64,000 bases of DNA, taken from IMG/VR virus record IMGVR_UViG_3300021403_000004, positions 42,871 through 106,870 of that record. One strand, given 5' to 3'. Positions 19,214 through 29,056 of this stretch are shown piece after piece. The notes below the pieces were generated by a model, which was not told the DNA's origin, made no database searches, and worked only from the letters and a program-made list of their open reading frames with translations. The translations under genes and the position numbers were made by a program. The number at the start of each line of letters is the position of its first letter. The stretch's first letter is position 1. The stretch is from a virus. Lineage: Duplodnaviria > Caudoviricetes.

Positions 19214-19464
19214 GACTGGGCCCCGTCACGCGGGCCGGGCACGTCATCGCGCAGGCAAGGCTGGACATCGTCACGCGGGCCGGGCGCGCCCGTTGCCGGG
19301 GCCAGCCCTGCCTGCGCGATGACGTGACCGCCAGGCAGCGGCTCGCTGTCCGGCTCAGGATAGGCGTCCGCAGGCAACGGCGGCAGCGGCTCGCCCGCCA
19401 CGGCCTTCGCCCAGTCGATCCGGTCCCCGCCGCGGGTTTCCTGCTGCGGCACCTGCTCGCCCAT
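19210..19464 (-). CDS. Hypothetical low-complexity protein
   Basis: Overlaps the methyltransferase start; three P(R/C).DD-type repeats. Confidence 0.4.
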   Translation of the reverse strand: MGEQVPQQETRGGDRIDWAKAVAGEPLPPLPADAYPEPDSEPLPGGHVIAQAGLAPATGAPGPRDDVQPCLRDDVPGPRDGAQS

Positions 19465-19622
19465 GCCGGCTCCGTCCTGTCCTGGCTGGCTGGCCAGCCT
19501 GTCACTCCCGTGCACATCAGTCTTGGCTGGCATCGTCCGTGCACGGCTGCGCCCCCGGCCCTGAGTGAGCGGCTCGCGGTCCCCGTCATGATACCGCACG
19601 GATACCGCATGAGACCGCCAGG

Positions 19623-20675
19623 CTACCGGAACAAGGACTCATACGCCTGCGCCCACAGGTGCCAGTTCCTCGCGATGGTGCGCTCGCACGCCGCCTCCCG
19701 GGCTGCCTTGCCCATGGACGCCCGCAGTCCCGCGTCATTGGCCAGCACGGACATGTACTTCAGCCACTCGTGGTCGTGCCTGACCAGGAAACCGTTCTCG
19801 CCGTGCCGGATGAAGTTGCGGTACACCGCGCAGTCGGTGGCGATGGACGGGATGCCGCGGGCTGCCCACTCCAGGACCTTGACGTCCGACTTGGCGAGGT
19901 CGAAGTCCGTGCCCGTCAGCGGGGCCAGCCCGATGTCGAAGTCCGCCGTGGCATAGTACTCCCGTGGCTGCTCGTACACCGGCACCCACGGGACGTGCAG
20001 GACCCTGTCGCTCAGCAGGTACGGCTTGCGGGCCTTTCCCGACGGGTTCAGGAACGACTCGCTGAAGTCCGTGCCCCCCAGCTGGAAGTCCCAGCCAGGG
20101 AAGCGCCGCAGGAACCGCCGCACGGGGTCCACGATGAGGCCCACGTCGCTGCCGTGGCTCGCGCCGCCTGCCCAGCCCACGGCAGGCCGCTCCCGGGAGG
20201 CCCGGGGCATGTCCAGCACCCAGCCGGGGATGCAGTTGGGCAGCACGGCCACGCCCGGGTTGCCCGTCTCCTCGCGCATCACCGCGGCCAGGTGACTGGT
20301 CGTCACGGTGATCAGGTCGGCCACCTGCGCCTGGTGCGTGACAGCCTCGCGGATCTCCGGCCTGCTAAAGACATGGTAGGCCTGCCAGTTCACCGGCGTC
20401 ACCCGGAACACGTCGTCATCGATCTCGTACACCAGGCGGCTGCCCGGGACGCGCGCCTGCCGCCAGACGCGCATGCCGCCGTAATGGTTGAAGCGCTGGC
20501 CGATGATGATGTCGTGGCCTTGCATGTCCCGCAGCGTGATGGGCCTGTTGCCCTCCTCGTTCCCCCCACTGCGGAACGTGACCTCATGCCCGTGCCTGGC
20601 CAGCTCCTCCAGGGGGACCGTCATGCGGTACCAGCAGCACCCGGAACCGCCGTCGTGGCCGGCGAAGATCTTCAC
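19623..20675 (-). CDS. Glycosyltransferase (GT4-like)
   Basis: GC.WYR..P, YEIDDD, VGWAGG.SH, DIGLAPL...KSD.K.LE motifs. Confidence 0.9.
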   Translation of the reverse strand: MKIFAGHDGGSGCCWYRMTVPLEELARHGHEVTFRSGGNEEGNRPITLRDMQGHDIIIGQRFNHYGGMRVWRQARVPGSRLVYEIDDDVFRVTPVNWQAYHVFSRPEIREAVTHQAQVADLITVTTSHLAAVMREETGNPGVAVLPNCIPGWVLDMPRASRERPAVGWAGGASHGSDVGLIVDPVRRFLRRFPGWDFQLGGTDFSESFLNPSGKARKPYLLSDRVLHVPWVPVYEQPREYYATADFDIGLAPLTGTDFDLAKSDVKVLEWAARGIPSIATDCAVYRNFIRHGENGFLVRHDHEWLKYMSVLANDAGLRASMGKAAREAACERTIARNWHLWAQAYESLFR

Positions 20676-20765
20676 GGGTGCACGGTCACCGACTCCATCA
20701 GCCGATCCTTTCAGCCTGAACGTTTCCGTGTTTTAACCGGAAGAGTACAGTTAAGGGTAGCGGGC

Positions 20766-21740
20766 CTAGTGCGGCTGCCCGCTGGGAGACAACACCTCCG
20801 AGCCGCAAAGGAGCTGATGGCAATGCTCGCCATCGCCGCGCTCGTGTTCTTCATCATCACCGCCGTCGTCGCGTGGGTAGACAAGACCATTTCGGTCCCG
20901 CACTTGATCGCCTTGACGGCCGTCGGCCTGGCCTTCCTCGCTGGTCACTTTATCTGGGGCTGGTGGGGCACCCGTACTGCTCCCTGACAGGGACCGCGGG
21001 CGTCCTGCAGCCTGGTCACCACGCGCACCCTGTAACCCGCGTCCGGGCAAGACCGTGCCCGCCTCGTCCCAGGGCGCCTCTTTCTTCGGCGTCCAGCAGG
21101 AGATCCCCGGCTCGGCATGCGCGTGGTAGTACGCCAGCTCAGCACTGAGGTTCGCGTAGTCCTCATGCCAGGCCAAATGGTCGGCAACGTACGGGAAGCC
21201 CGTGCGCACGGCGCTGAAGGAGTGGCAGCCGACGTCCATCATCGGGACGTGCACGGCCAGCGTGGTGTCCACGTCCGCGTGGAAGACGCCCGGCTCAACC
21301 TCGTTATCCCAGAAGTGGGCTTCCCAGCCGATCACGTTCTCGCGCTGGCTGTAATGCGCCGGGATGCGGTCAATCCGCAGGCCCAGCCCGGCCTTGTGAT
21401 AGCGCGGGTGCCTGCTGAGGACCTCAGCCAGGTGCCAGGGCCAGTCAAGGGGGCAGCCTTCCGACGGCACCACGTCGGGATCGGTGACGACGTACTTCTC
21501 CCGGGCGTTGGCTGCGCGGAACCAGCCCCGCGTCCACAGGTCACGCGGGTTGCCGCCGCCGTCGTCCACTACCCGGACCCCGGCTTTCTGCACGTCCCGG
21601 AGCCAGTCCACGGCCTCCGGCCAGGTCGTGCCGTGGTCAACGATGGTGGTCTCCAGGCCGGCCGCCTGCATGGCCGCGAGGCAGAGCCTGCCGTAGGTCA
21701 CCCTGTCCCGGAAGATGATGAAAGCGCGCAAGAGCGTCAC
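20766..21740 (-). CDS. Glycosyltransferase family 2-like; true end possibly 21016 via a TTA bypass
   Basis: IVDHGTT, YVVTDPD, K.GLGLRID, ADVDTTLA, HLAW motifs; C-terminal tail runs antisense over 20817-20987. Confidence 0.8.
   Translation of the reverse strand: MTLLRAFIIFRDRVTYGRLCLAAMQAAGLETTIVDHGTTWPEAVDWLRDVQKAGVRVVDDGGGNPRDLWTRGWFRAANAREKYVVTDPDVVPSEGCPLDWPWHLAEVLSRHPRYHKAGLGLRIDRIPAHYSQRENVIGWEAHFWDNEVEPGVFHADVDTTLAVHVPMMDVGCHSFSAVRTGFPYVADHLAWHEDYANLSAELAYYHAHAEPGISCWTPKKEAPWDEAGTVLPGRGLQGARGDQAAGRPRSLSGSSTGAPPAPDKVTSEEGQADGRQGDQVRDRNGLVYPRDDGGDDEEHERGDGEHCHQLLCGSEVLSPSGQPH
20817..20987 (+). CDS. 56-aa two-TM membrane protein (holin-like or superinfection exclusion)
   Basis: AAGGAG RBS; MAMLAIAALVFFIITAVVAW...LIALTAVGLAFLAGHF. 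Confidence 0.65.
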   Translation: MAMLAIAALVFFIITAVVAWVDKTISVPHLIALTAVGLAFLAGHFIWGWWGTRTAP

Positions 21741-21746
21741 AGCCTT

Positions 21747-22421
21747 TCAGGGATACTCCGGCCATCCGGGCTTCAGGTCGTAAACGGCAGGGTTAGCCTG
21801 CGACATCCAGGTCTCGGCCTGCCAGCGGTCCTCACTGGCCGGGGCCGGGAGCCGGCGCAGGTACGACGACGTGGCCCACCAGAAGTTGCCGCCGAAGAAC
21901 GGGGGGTCGCTCGGGTAGTGCTGGTTGTCCACCCAGTGGCAGCCCACGGCATCATGGCGGGCCAGCAGCGCCAGGCACTCTTCCCACTCGTAGATGACCT
22001 TGCGCGTCATCGACCTGCGCCAGGCCATGTTGGTGTCCGAGCCGTCCGCGGCGCCCTTGGTGTGCGCGTACACGACGGCGTACTCGTCCTGGGACTTCTG
22101 CACGTCATCGTGGATGGCCTGGAGCGTCAGCTGCTCCCAGCCCTCGTCAGCCTCGCGCCAGGCCGCCGGCTCGGGGAGGTCCCAGTTCCGGCACAGCAAG
22201 CCGATCCGCTGCCGGGCGGCGTCACGGTCTCGCGGCGGCCCCACCAGGCCGACCGTGGTGACCACGCCGTCAAGGCCCGAGCGGCCCATCGCGGTGAAGT
22301 GATCGCGTACCGGCACCGCCCAGGCGCCTGCCGCGTAACAATGATAGTAATGGCGCACCGGGAGGGCCGCCCGCAACCGCGCCTCCCGCTGGGCGCACTG
22401 GGCGCACGAGCTGCCCGTCAT
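21747..22421 (-). CDS. Glycosyltransferase-like protein
   Basis: E..TL..I, VYAHTKG, WRRSM, FFGGNFWWATSSYLRRL, R..AETW motifs. Confidence 0.75.
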   Translation of the reverse strand: MTGSSCAQCAQREARLRAALPVRHYYHCYAAGAWAVPVRDHFTAMGRSGLDGVVTTVGLVGPPRDRDAARQRIGLLCRNWDLPEPAAWREADEGWEQLTLQAIHDDVQKSQDEYAVVYAHTKGAADGSDTNMAWRRSMTRKVIYEWEECLALLARHDAVGCHWVDNQHYPSDPPFFGGNFWWATSSYLRRLPAPASEDRWQAETWMSQANPAVYDLKPGWPEYP

Positions 22422-23059
22422 CGCTGCTCCTGCCTGAACCGGGACGGCCACACGTCACTGGTCTCCTCGTCCACGCTCACGTACGGCACCCCGGCATCCA
22501 GCCACCGCTGCACGAGGTCCCAGTCCTCCGTCCAGGACGCGGGCCCCCAGGTGCCGTGCTCCAGGGCCCAGCGCCGGTGCATGATCATCGGCGTTCCCAC
22601 GTTCCCGCACGCCAGCGGCCCCCAGCCGGTGACCGTCTCGTGCGGGCCGCCGTGCGCCGTCATCCTGCTGACGGCGAAGCCTGCCTGCGGCGCGGCGTCC
22701 AGGGCCTTGGCCAGCAGCGCGCAGTGCCCCGGCCGCAATGCGTCGTCATCGTCACAGTAAGTAATGTACGTCCCGTGCGCTTCTTCCAGGCCGGCCAGCC
22801 GGGCATGGTGCCCCCAGTGCTCGCCCGCCGGGTGCTCCGGCAGCTCGCAGTAGCGGATGCCGTGCCAGCCGTTGCGCGCGACCTCGCCGCCCAGCCGGAA
22901 GGCCAGCTCGTCGTCTGGCCCGTCACTGACGATGACGTGCTCAGTGCCCGCCAGCGACTGCGCCTGCACGGACGGGATGCACCGCTCCAGGAGCAGGTCG
23001 TGGCGCCGGAACCAGGTGGGCGTGATGACGGTCACCGCAGGGCCGCTCATCCGGGCCAC
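22418..23059 (-). CDS. Glycosyltransferase family 2
   Basis: VTVITPT, VIVSDG, YITYCDDDD, EDWDL. Confidence 0.9.
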   Translation of the reverse strand: MARMSGPAVTVITPTWFRRHDLLLERCIPSVQAQSLAGTEHVIVSDGPDDELAFRLGGEVARNGWHGIRYCELPEHPAGEHWGHHARLAGLEEAHGTYITYCDDDDALRPGHCALLAKALDAAPQAGFAVSRMTAHGGPHETVTGWGPLACGNVGTPMIMHRRWALEHGTWGPASWTEDWDLVQRWLDAGVPYVSVDEETSDVWPSRFRQEQR

Positions 23060-23772
23060 CTGTCCGGGACGTTGATGCCGCGGTTGAACTCAGCTAGTGA
23101 CTGCGGGGTGAACGGCGTCCCGCCCAGCTTGGCGATATCGGCGTTCAGCTGCCCCCCGCGGCTGTAGGCGTGCCAGTTCTGCAGGTCGGCTGCCGTCAGC
23201 GCGTACGACGCTGCGTACGTCTGGTCATGGCCGGCCTTGCCGTTGGAGTAATGCAGGTGCTCGATGACCACGTCATCAAGGTAGGTGATCCCGCACGCGG
23301 TGCCCCAGGCGAACCAGGCCACGTCCACGTACATGTGGCTGATCGACGGCGCCCCTGCGTAGCCCAGTGCCTGCACCACCTCACTGCGCATGAAGACATG
23401 GCAGCTCATCGACCCCGGGTCGCGCGGGTACAGGTCGTTGCCGAACGCGAACGGGGTGCGCTGCAGGGCCTCCAGGATGCGGGCATCCCAGCCTGCCGTG
23501 CGCGGCACGTTGTCGTCACCCAGGCAGCCCACGGCCCGGTAGCCCGCGGCCCGGGGGACGGCCAGCTCGTTCGTCCAGGCCGTGACCTGGCGCAGCCCGG
23601 ATCGCACCTCGTACTCCACGCCCTGCAGGCGCGGGTACTGGCGCTCATCGTCATCGTCTAGGCCCACGGCCAGCGTGGTCGCCGCCGTGCACGTCTGCGC
23701 CATCGCCTGCGCCAGCCTGCTGACGCTCGCCGGACGCCCGCGGCTGGGCACGACGACCAGCAGGTCCCTCAT
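23047..23772 (-). CDS. Glycosyltransferase family 2-like (paralog of 25336-25998)
   Basis: VVVPSRGRP, GDD..PRT.GWD, H.Y.D, IEHLH. Confidence 0.85.
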   Translation of the reverse strand: MRDLLVVVPSRGRPASVSRLAQAMAQTCTAATTLAVGLDDDDERQYPRLQGVEYEVRSGLRQVTAWTNELAVPRAAGYRAVGCLGDDNVPRTAGWDARILEALQRTPFAFGNDLYPRDPGSMSCHVFMRSEVVQALGYAGAPSISHMYVDVAWFAWGTACGITYLDDVVIEHLHYSNGKAGHDQTYAASYALTAADLQNWHAYSRGGQLNADIAKLGGTPFTPQSLAEFNRGINVPDRWPG

Positions 23773-23778
23773 GGGGCT

Positions 23779-24006
23779 TCAACTAACCTTGTGCACGTTA
23801 ATGACTTGACTCCACGGAAGCACGCACGCATCCCAGGCCTCATCACCCACAGTAATAGCCGCGGTGGCTACACCGTGATTAAACAACTCCACATCCCCGA
23901 CAGGAAGAGTAACGCTCCCATCGGTCACGGTTACCAGCTCTACCGTCATCGCACCGCCCCACCATGCGGGGTACAGCTCGCTGAGCACGACTGGCGTGTC
24001 CGTCAT
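23779..24006 (-). CDS. Hypothetical protein
   Basis: 75 aa, lower GC, overlaps upstream stop. Confidence 0.5.
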   Translation of the reverse strand: MTDTPVVLSELYPAWWGGAMTVELVTVTDGSVTLPVGDVELFNHGVATAAITVGDEAWDACVLPWSQVINVHKVS

Positions 24007-24695
24007 TTCTCGCTCTCCTTGCCTAGTGCCGGGCTGCACACCCAGAATGACCTGTCTGGCGTCAGGTGCCCTGCGTACAGTACGGTCTCGATCCGGTACC
24101 CGAAGCCTTCCAGCAATGCATGGCACCGAAGACGGCTATTCATCTGCGCCACGAACGGGTACACGTCTGTATGATCCTCTATCAGCAATCTAGGCACGAA
24201 TTGCCGCAGCGTTGCCGCACCCCCCATGAGAACGCCGAGCTCGGCACCCTCCACGTCAATCTTCACCCAGTCCAGGCGCGTGATGTCGTGCTCCTGAGCT
24301 AGCTCATCCAGGGTGGAGAACACAGCCCCGTCAGGCGCATGATGCTCCGGGTACGGCATAGTATCCAAGGCAGTCCTGAATCCCGGCTCGTAGCCACCAG
24401 GAGCAGCAAGTGCCTCATGGATCACGACAAGCCGTGACACGTCCAGGCGGTTAGACTCGCACAACCGTACCAGCGTGCCCGTATACGCCACCGACGGGTC
24501 TACCGCGTACACCATCGCCCCGGCAGCCAGTGCCGGAATCGTGTAACTGCCGATATGGCAGCCGATGTCGATGACCACGTCACCAGGCCTCACGCGCCAG
24601 TGCGCCTGCCTTACCTCAGCCTCATCCTCGAACCAGCCTGTGATGTTTGGGTCATCGGGCAGCGTCACGTCCTGCTGCCCGTACGTCACGATCAT
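24003..24695 (-). CDS. FkbM-family methyltransferase
   Basis: VIDIGCHIG and WVKIDVEGAEL motifs. Confidence 0.9.
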   Translation of the reverse strand: MIVTYGQQDVTLPDDPNITGWFEDEAEVRQAHWRVRPGDVVIDIGCHIGSYTIPALAAGAMVYAVDPSVAYTGTLVRLCESNRLDVSRLVVIHEALAAPGGYEPGFRTALDTMPYPEHHAPDGAVFSTLDELAQEHDITRLDWVKIDVEGAELGVLMGGAATLRQFVPRLLIEDHTDVYPFVAQMNSRLRCHALLEGFGYRIETVLYAGHLTPDRSFWVCSPALGKESEK

Positions 24696-25336
24696 GACGA
24701 TCCCGCGATCACCGTCAGCCACGGGTAGGACGGCACCGGCGGGACCTTCTCCGCTGGCAGCGGGAAGCGCTCGGTCTTGAAGGTGTCAGCCGCGGAGGAC
24801 CGGTACCAGTACACCGGGTCGCCGGGCACCCAGGCCTGCTCCCGGCACCGGCCGCTCGCCCGCACCTTGTTGCTCCACTCGCGCTCGGCCCCGTTCCCGC
24901 CCTCCCAGGCCCCCAGGAGCGCGATCTCCCGGCGGATCGGGTTGAACTGGGTGATGTCCCTGGTCAGCATGTCATCCCGGTTCGTCCAGCCGGAGTGCAC
25001 GAGCGAGTGCTCCACCGGGGCCTCCAGCACGCCGTCCGTCGTCCAGCGCACCATGAAGCCCACGTAGTCGGGCTGCGCCTGCAGGGCGGCCATGACGCGG
25101 GCAACGCCATCGGGGGCCAGCAGGTCATCATCGTCAATGCAGGACACGTACTGCGCCCGGGACGCGTCCAGCAGCGCCTGCGTCTTGGCGCCGTAGGTGC
25201 TTTCCAGGTTGTCCCGGTACAGCAGCGCGCCGAATCCCGGCTGCCACTGCCGGTCCAGGTCCGCGAGCAGCTCCAGCAAGGTGGCGTGCCGGTGCGGGAT
25301 GGAGCAGATCAGGGCATCCCAGGTAACATCGCTCAT
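24692..25336 (-). CDS. Glycosyltransferase family 2-like
   Basis: LICS, G.K...LL, YVSCIDDDD motifs. Confidence 0.8.
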   Translation of the reverse strand: MSDVTWDALICSIPHRHATLLELLADLDRQWQPGFGALLYRDNLESTYGAKTQALLDASRAQYVSCIDDDDLLAPDGVARVMAALQAQPDYVGFMVRWTTDGVLEAPVEHSLVHSGWTNRDDMLTRDITQFNPIRREIALLGAWEGGNGAEREWSNKVRASGRCREQAWVPGDPVYWYRSSAADTFKTERFPLPAEKVPPVPSYPWLTVIAGSS

Positions 25337-25998
25337 CACAGCACCGCCTTGATCGCGCCGATGTCCTGCGCCAGCTGCCCCCGGCAGTACGCGCTGTACG
25401 CTGCCTGGCACTGCGGCCAGGACTGCTCCGCCCGCAGGTACGTCTCATCCAGCGGGGCCTTGCCGGACGAGTGGTGCAGGTGCTCAATGATGACATCGCC
25501 CAGGTACTCAATCCCGCACGCGGCACCCCAGGCACCCCAGGCGTCGTCCACGAACATGTGCGTGAGGGACGGGACGCCAAGGTAGCCAAGCGCCTGGACC
25601 ACTTCACTGCGCATGAAGGCGTGCGTCACCTGAGAGCCCTGCGGGCGCAGCGGGTACAGGTCGTTGGCGTAGGCAAACGGCTCCCGGCCCAGCGCGGCCA
25701 TGATCCTGGCATCCCAGCCGGGCGTCTGCGGCACGCAGTCATCGCCCAGCGCCCCGGTGAACCGGTACGTGCCCGCACGGGGAACCGCGAGCTCGTTCAC
25801 CCAGGGCGTGAAGCCGCGCAAGCCAGAGCGGACCTCGTACTCCACGCCCGCCAGGCGCTCGTAGCCGCCCTCGTCATCGCTGTCCAGGCCGACGACCAGC
25901 GTCGTGTCGCCCCGGCAGGTGGCGTCCATGGCCTCGCGCAGCCGGCGGACGTTCTGCGGGCGCCCCCGGCTCGGCACGACGACGACGAGGTCCCTCAT
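25336..25998 (-). CDS. Glycosyltransferase family 2-like (paralog of 23047-23772)
   Basis: VVVPSRGRP, GDD, HMFVDD, IEHLH. Confidence 0.85.
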   Translation of the reverse strand: MRDLVVVVPSRGRPQNVRRLREAMDATCRGDTTLVVGLDSDDEGGYERLAGVEYEVRSGLRGFTPWVNELAVPRAGTYRFTGALGDDCVPQTPGWDARIMAALGREPFAYANDLYPLRPQGSQVTHAFMRSEVVQALGYLGVPSLTHMFVDDAWGAWGAACGIEYLGDVIIEHLHHSSGKAPLDETYLRAEQSWPQCQAAYSAYCRGQLAQDIGAIKAVL

Positions 25999-26357
25999 AT
26001 CAGCCTGTCCGCCGCGGCCAGCCGGACCGTGTCGCCCTCGTACCCCTCACCCGACCGCGGCCCGCGGGTGAACACCAGGCACGTGCAGTCCTCCAGGGCC
26101 TCCCAGGCGTGCGCGACCCCCGGCAGCTCGCAGGCCATGTCACCCGGGCCGTACGCGCGGTCCTGCACCAGCCCTTCCTCGTCCCTGGTGACGATGCGCA
26201 GCCGCCCGCGGACCACGTACGTCCACTGGGTGGTCTGGGCATGCACGTGATTACCGCGGATGGACCCGGCCCAGCTGACGATCCGGGTCACGGAGTCCAG
26301 TGGCGTGACCAGGAGGTCCTCAATCAGGCCACGCCCGTCAGCAAAGCTGCTAGGCAT
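25995..26357 (-). CDS. Cupin-fold NDP-sugar isomerase/epimerase
   Basis: F.DGRG.IEDL...GSIRGNH.H...PGVAHA...RGPRSG..YE.DT. Confidence 0.8.
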   Translation of the reverse strand: MPSSFADGRGLIEDLLVTPLDSVTRIVSWAGSIRGNHVHAQTTQWTYVVRGRLRIVTRDEEGLVQDRAYGPGDMACELPGVAHAWEALEDCTCLVFTRGPRSGEGYEGDTVRLAAADRLI

Positions 26358-27480
26358 CAATGACCTCCGGGCTCGGGAGCGGGATGATGAACGCGCCCCT
26401 GTAGCCTGCCGCCCGCAGCTTCGGCATGATGTCGCCGGCAAGGTGCCAGGACAGCAGGAGCGCGTACCCCGGCTGGTCTTCCGTCAGCCGCTTCTCGTCT
26501 GCGACGGGAATTTGCGTGCCCGGGATCAGCGTGCCGATCTTCTCGCTGCCTGGCACCTCGCACACGAGCGTGATGAACCTGGCGATCCCGGCGTAGTGGA
26601 TGAGCGGCGTGGCACGGGTGGCGGCGCCAATGCCGTACACGGACTTCTTCTCCAGGTGAACGGCCCTCCACAGCATGCCGCGCAGTGCCGCGGCGGCGCC
26701 CTCGGCGCGGAACTGCCAGCCCGGCCGCTGCACGCGCGCGCGCATCCGGAATGACCCGCCGTGCACCGGCACCTGCCGGGAGCTGGTCACCCGCATCCCG
26801 TGCCGTTCCAGCAAGGCGCTCAGTGACGCCACCGAGTAATAGCGCAAGTGCTCATGATAAATGGCGTCGACCTGAAGGCCCTCGGTAATGCTCGCCAGGT
26901 CATGGTTCTCCGTGATGAATTCCCCGCCCTCGCCAAGCAGGAGCTGCACGCCATCCAGGAAGTCATGCGGGTCGGGCACGTGCGCGAGGACATTGCACGC
27001 CGTGATGACCGCGGCCGGGCCGTGGTCCTCACGGATCTTCCTGGCCAGTTCCGCGGAGAAGAACTCCTGGTAGCGGATGATTCCCGGGCCGCATTTCAGG
27101 ACCTGGCCGGTAGGCTCGACAGCGGCTTTCCGCAAGCCAGGACCGGGATAGCTGCCCAGCAGCGTCCCGTCATTGGCCCCGATGTCGATGACGAGGTCAT
27201 CCAGGAACAGGGATGAGGCCAGTGAGCTCGCCAGGTCGGCGTAATGCCGCCGCAAGGCTGCGGAGTTACCTGTCGCGTAAGGGTGGTCGGGGCGGAACAG
27301 CTCTTCCTGGCTCACGGTGTGGCTCAGCTGCACGAGCGTGCAGTTACCGCATCGCACGAGCGCGAGCGGGTACCGGGCACTGGCGCTCATGCGCTCGGCG
27401 AGGGGCTGGCGGCCCATGCTGAACAAGGGCCGCAGGCTGGCTGAGCCACAGCCGCCGCATGCCGTGACCTCACCGTCCAC
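26350..27480 (-). CDS. NDP-hexose C-methyltransferase family
   Basis: CxxC...G.QPLA...C..C.LVQL; VIDIGANDG; NVLAH; IYHEHL.YYS; HGGS; LLLSW. Confidence 0.9.
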   Translation of the reverse strand: MDGEVTACGGCGSASLRPLFSMGRQPLAERMSASARYPLALVRCGNCTLVQLSHTVSQEELFRPDHPYATGNSAALRRHYADLASSLASSLFLDDLVIDIGANDGTLLGSYPGPGLRKAAVEPTGQVLKCGPGIIRYQEFFSAELARKIREDHGPAAVITACNVLAHVPDPHDFLDGVQLLLGEGGEFITENHDLASITEGLQVDAIYHEHLRYYSVASLSALLERHGMRVTSSRQVPVHGGSFRMRARVQRPGWQFRAEGAAAALRGMLWRAVHLEKKSVYGIGAATRATPLIHYAGIARFITLVCEVPGSEKIGTLIPGTQIPVADEKRLTEDQPGYALLLSWHLAGDIMPKLRAAGYRGAFIIPLPSPEVIDA

Positions 27481-28015
27481 TATCGCTCCTGCGATGCAGG
27501 TAATTATGCTCTGCCGGAGACAGCCAGATGCAGTTACCTGGCTCGTAATCACCATCAGTGTCCAACCGGTGCAGGTGCCAGTAAGGAGCTGGTGACGGCC
27601 CCATGTCAGCCAGGAAATTCGGGAATCCATCACGTCCGGTCCAGCGGGCGCACACCTTAATGCCGCGCCCCCCGTAACGGGCGTAGGACTTATTGGCCGG
27701 GTCTTCACAGCGTCGGCGCACGCCCTGCCATAGCGTGTAGTTCGGATGATGACTGAGTCCGTGCCTGAACTGCATGCCAGACGTCCGGCAATGCTCCGCG
27801 ACTTTCCTGGCCTTCAGGCACCCGCATGACTTCCGGTGACCACTCCGCAAGCTTGCGCCCGGAGCCACGACGACAGCGCCACAGGCGCACTCGCAACGGT
27901 AAGTCCTGTACCCGTTTTTACTCCCTGCGTACTCCAGCACGGTCAGCAGCCCGTAAGCATCTCCCGGCTTAACTGACGGCGGCCGTCCGCGACCGATACC
28001 ACGCGACGCCGTCAC
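27470..28015 (-). CDS. HNH-type homing endonuclease
   Basis: YG.LTV...CECACG...LRSG..KSCGC; RC...YGGRGIKVC.RW...FLADMG...G.YEPGNC.W. Confidence 0.85.
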   Translation of the reverse strand: MTASRGIGRGRPPSVKPGDAYGLLTVLEYAGSKNGYRTYRCECACGAVVVAPGASLRSGHRKSCGCLKARKVAEHCRTSGMQFRHGLSHHPNYTLWQGVRRRCEDPANKSYARYGGRGIKVCARWTGRDGFPNFLADMGPSPAPYWHLHRLDTDGDYEPGNCIWLSPAEHNYLHRRSDSGR

Positions 28016-28971
28016 TTCGGGTGCTCCCGGTACCAATCGAGAACCGGCCCTATACCTCGTGCTAGTGAGACTTTCGGGCTGTACCCGAGAGCACTGATCT
28101 TACTGATGTCAGGGCACCGCCGCGGAGGACTGCCCGCCGGAAGCACCCCGGGCGTTATCTTCACGTCTCTGTTGTAGTGCGCACCGATAAGGGAGACCAG
28201 CTCTGCGATCGTTCTTTCCTCCGGGGTCCCCACGTGATAGATCCCGCTGGGCGTGCTCTCATCGAGAAGGAGCGCGAGCGCATCCGTGCAATCTGAGATG
28301 TGGCAGAACGCCCGGGTTTCCTGGCCTGTGCCCTGAATCGGAAACCGGATCACCCCTGCTCCCGGGTTCGCGTCAAGCAATGTGCTGATCCGGCGGCCGA
28401 ACTCCGGGATCACGTGCTCGTAACCCCCGTCATTTCCGTAGACGTTGTGCGGGCGCGCGATGACGACCCGGTCCAGCACGCCCGTCCGCGCCCAGGCCAG
28501 GGCCATCAGCTCGCAGGCGATCTTCCCGCCGCCATAGGAGTACCGCGGGTTCTCCACGTCCGGCACCACCAGCGGGACGCTCTCGGGCGTGGGCACCTGG
28601 CGGGCCACCTGGTAGGCCTCAGAAGAGGACACCAGCAGCAGGCTCGCGGTGCCCGTCGCCTCGCACGCCGTGAGCACGTTCAGCATGCCCCGGATGGCCA
28701 CGTCCAGCACCTGGCGCGGCTCAGCATAGAACGTCTGCGTGCCCTGCAGGTACGCCAGGTGCGCGACCGCCTCGCAGCCCGCCATCGCATCACGGACGGC
28801 GGCGGCATCGCGCACGTCACCCTGCAGGACCTCGCAGTTCACGCCCTCCAGGCGATCCTGGCGCCCGCGGGACATGTCATCCAGGACGCGGACCTCATGA
28901 CCGTCCGCTGCCAGGCGCCGGACGAGGTCACTGCCCACGAAGCCGGCCCCGCCAGTCACCAGGTAGCGCAT
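28012..28971 (-). CDS. NAD-dependent NDP-sugar epimerase/dehydratase (extended SDR)
   Basis: LVTGGAGFVG, SSSE.Y, YGGGK, RPHNVYG motifs. Confidence 0.92.
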   Translation of the reverse strand: MRYLVTGGAGFVGSDLVRRLAADGHEVRVLDDMSRGRQDRLEGVNCEVLQGDVRDAAAVRDAMAGCEAVAHLAYLQGTQTFYAEPRQVLDVAIRGMLNVLTACEATGTASLLLVSSSEAYQVARQVPTPESVPLVVPDVENPRYSYGGGKIACELMALAWARTGVLDRVVIARPHNVYGNDGGYEHVIPEFGRRISTLLDANPGAGVIRFPIQGTGQETRAFCHISDCTDALALLLDESTPSGIYHVGTPEERTIAELVSLIGAHYNRDVKITPGVLPAGSPPRRCPDISKISALGYSPKVSLARGIGPVLDWYREHPK

Positions 28972-29033
28972 GAAGAGGACTCTAGCAGACTCAGGGCCTG
29001 GTAGCCCATGAAGAGACTCTAGCAGACTCGGGC
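28969..29033 (-). promoter_or_regulatory. Tandem duplicated leaderless promoter unit
   Basis: Two near-identical copies of CATGAAGAG(G)ACTCTAGCAGACTC on +, i.e. TAGAGT 6-7 nt before an ATG on -. Confidence 0.55.
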
Positions 29034-29056
29034 TTCGTGGTTGATACCATGACATC

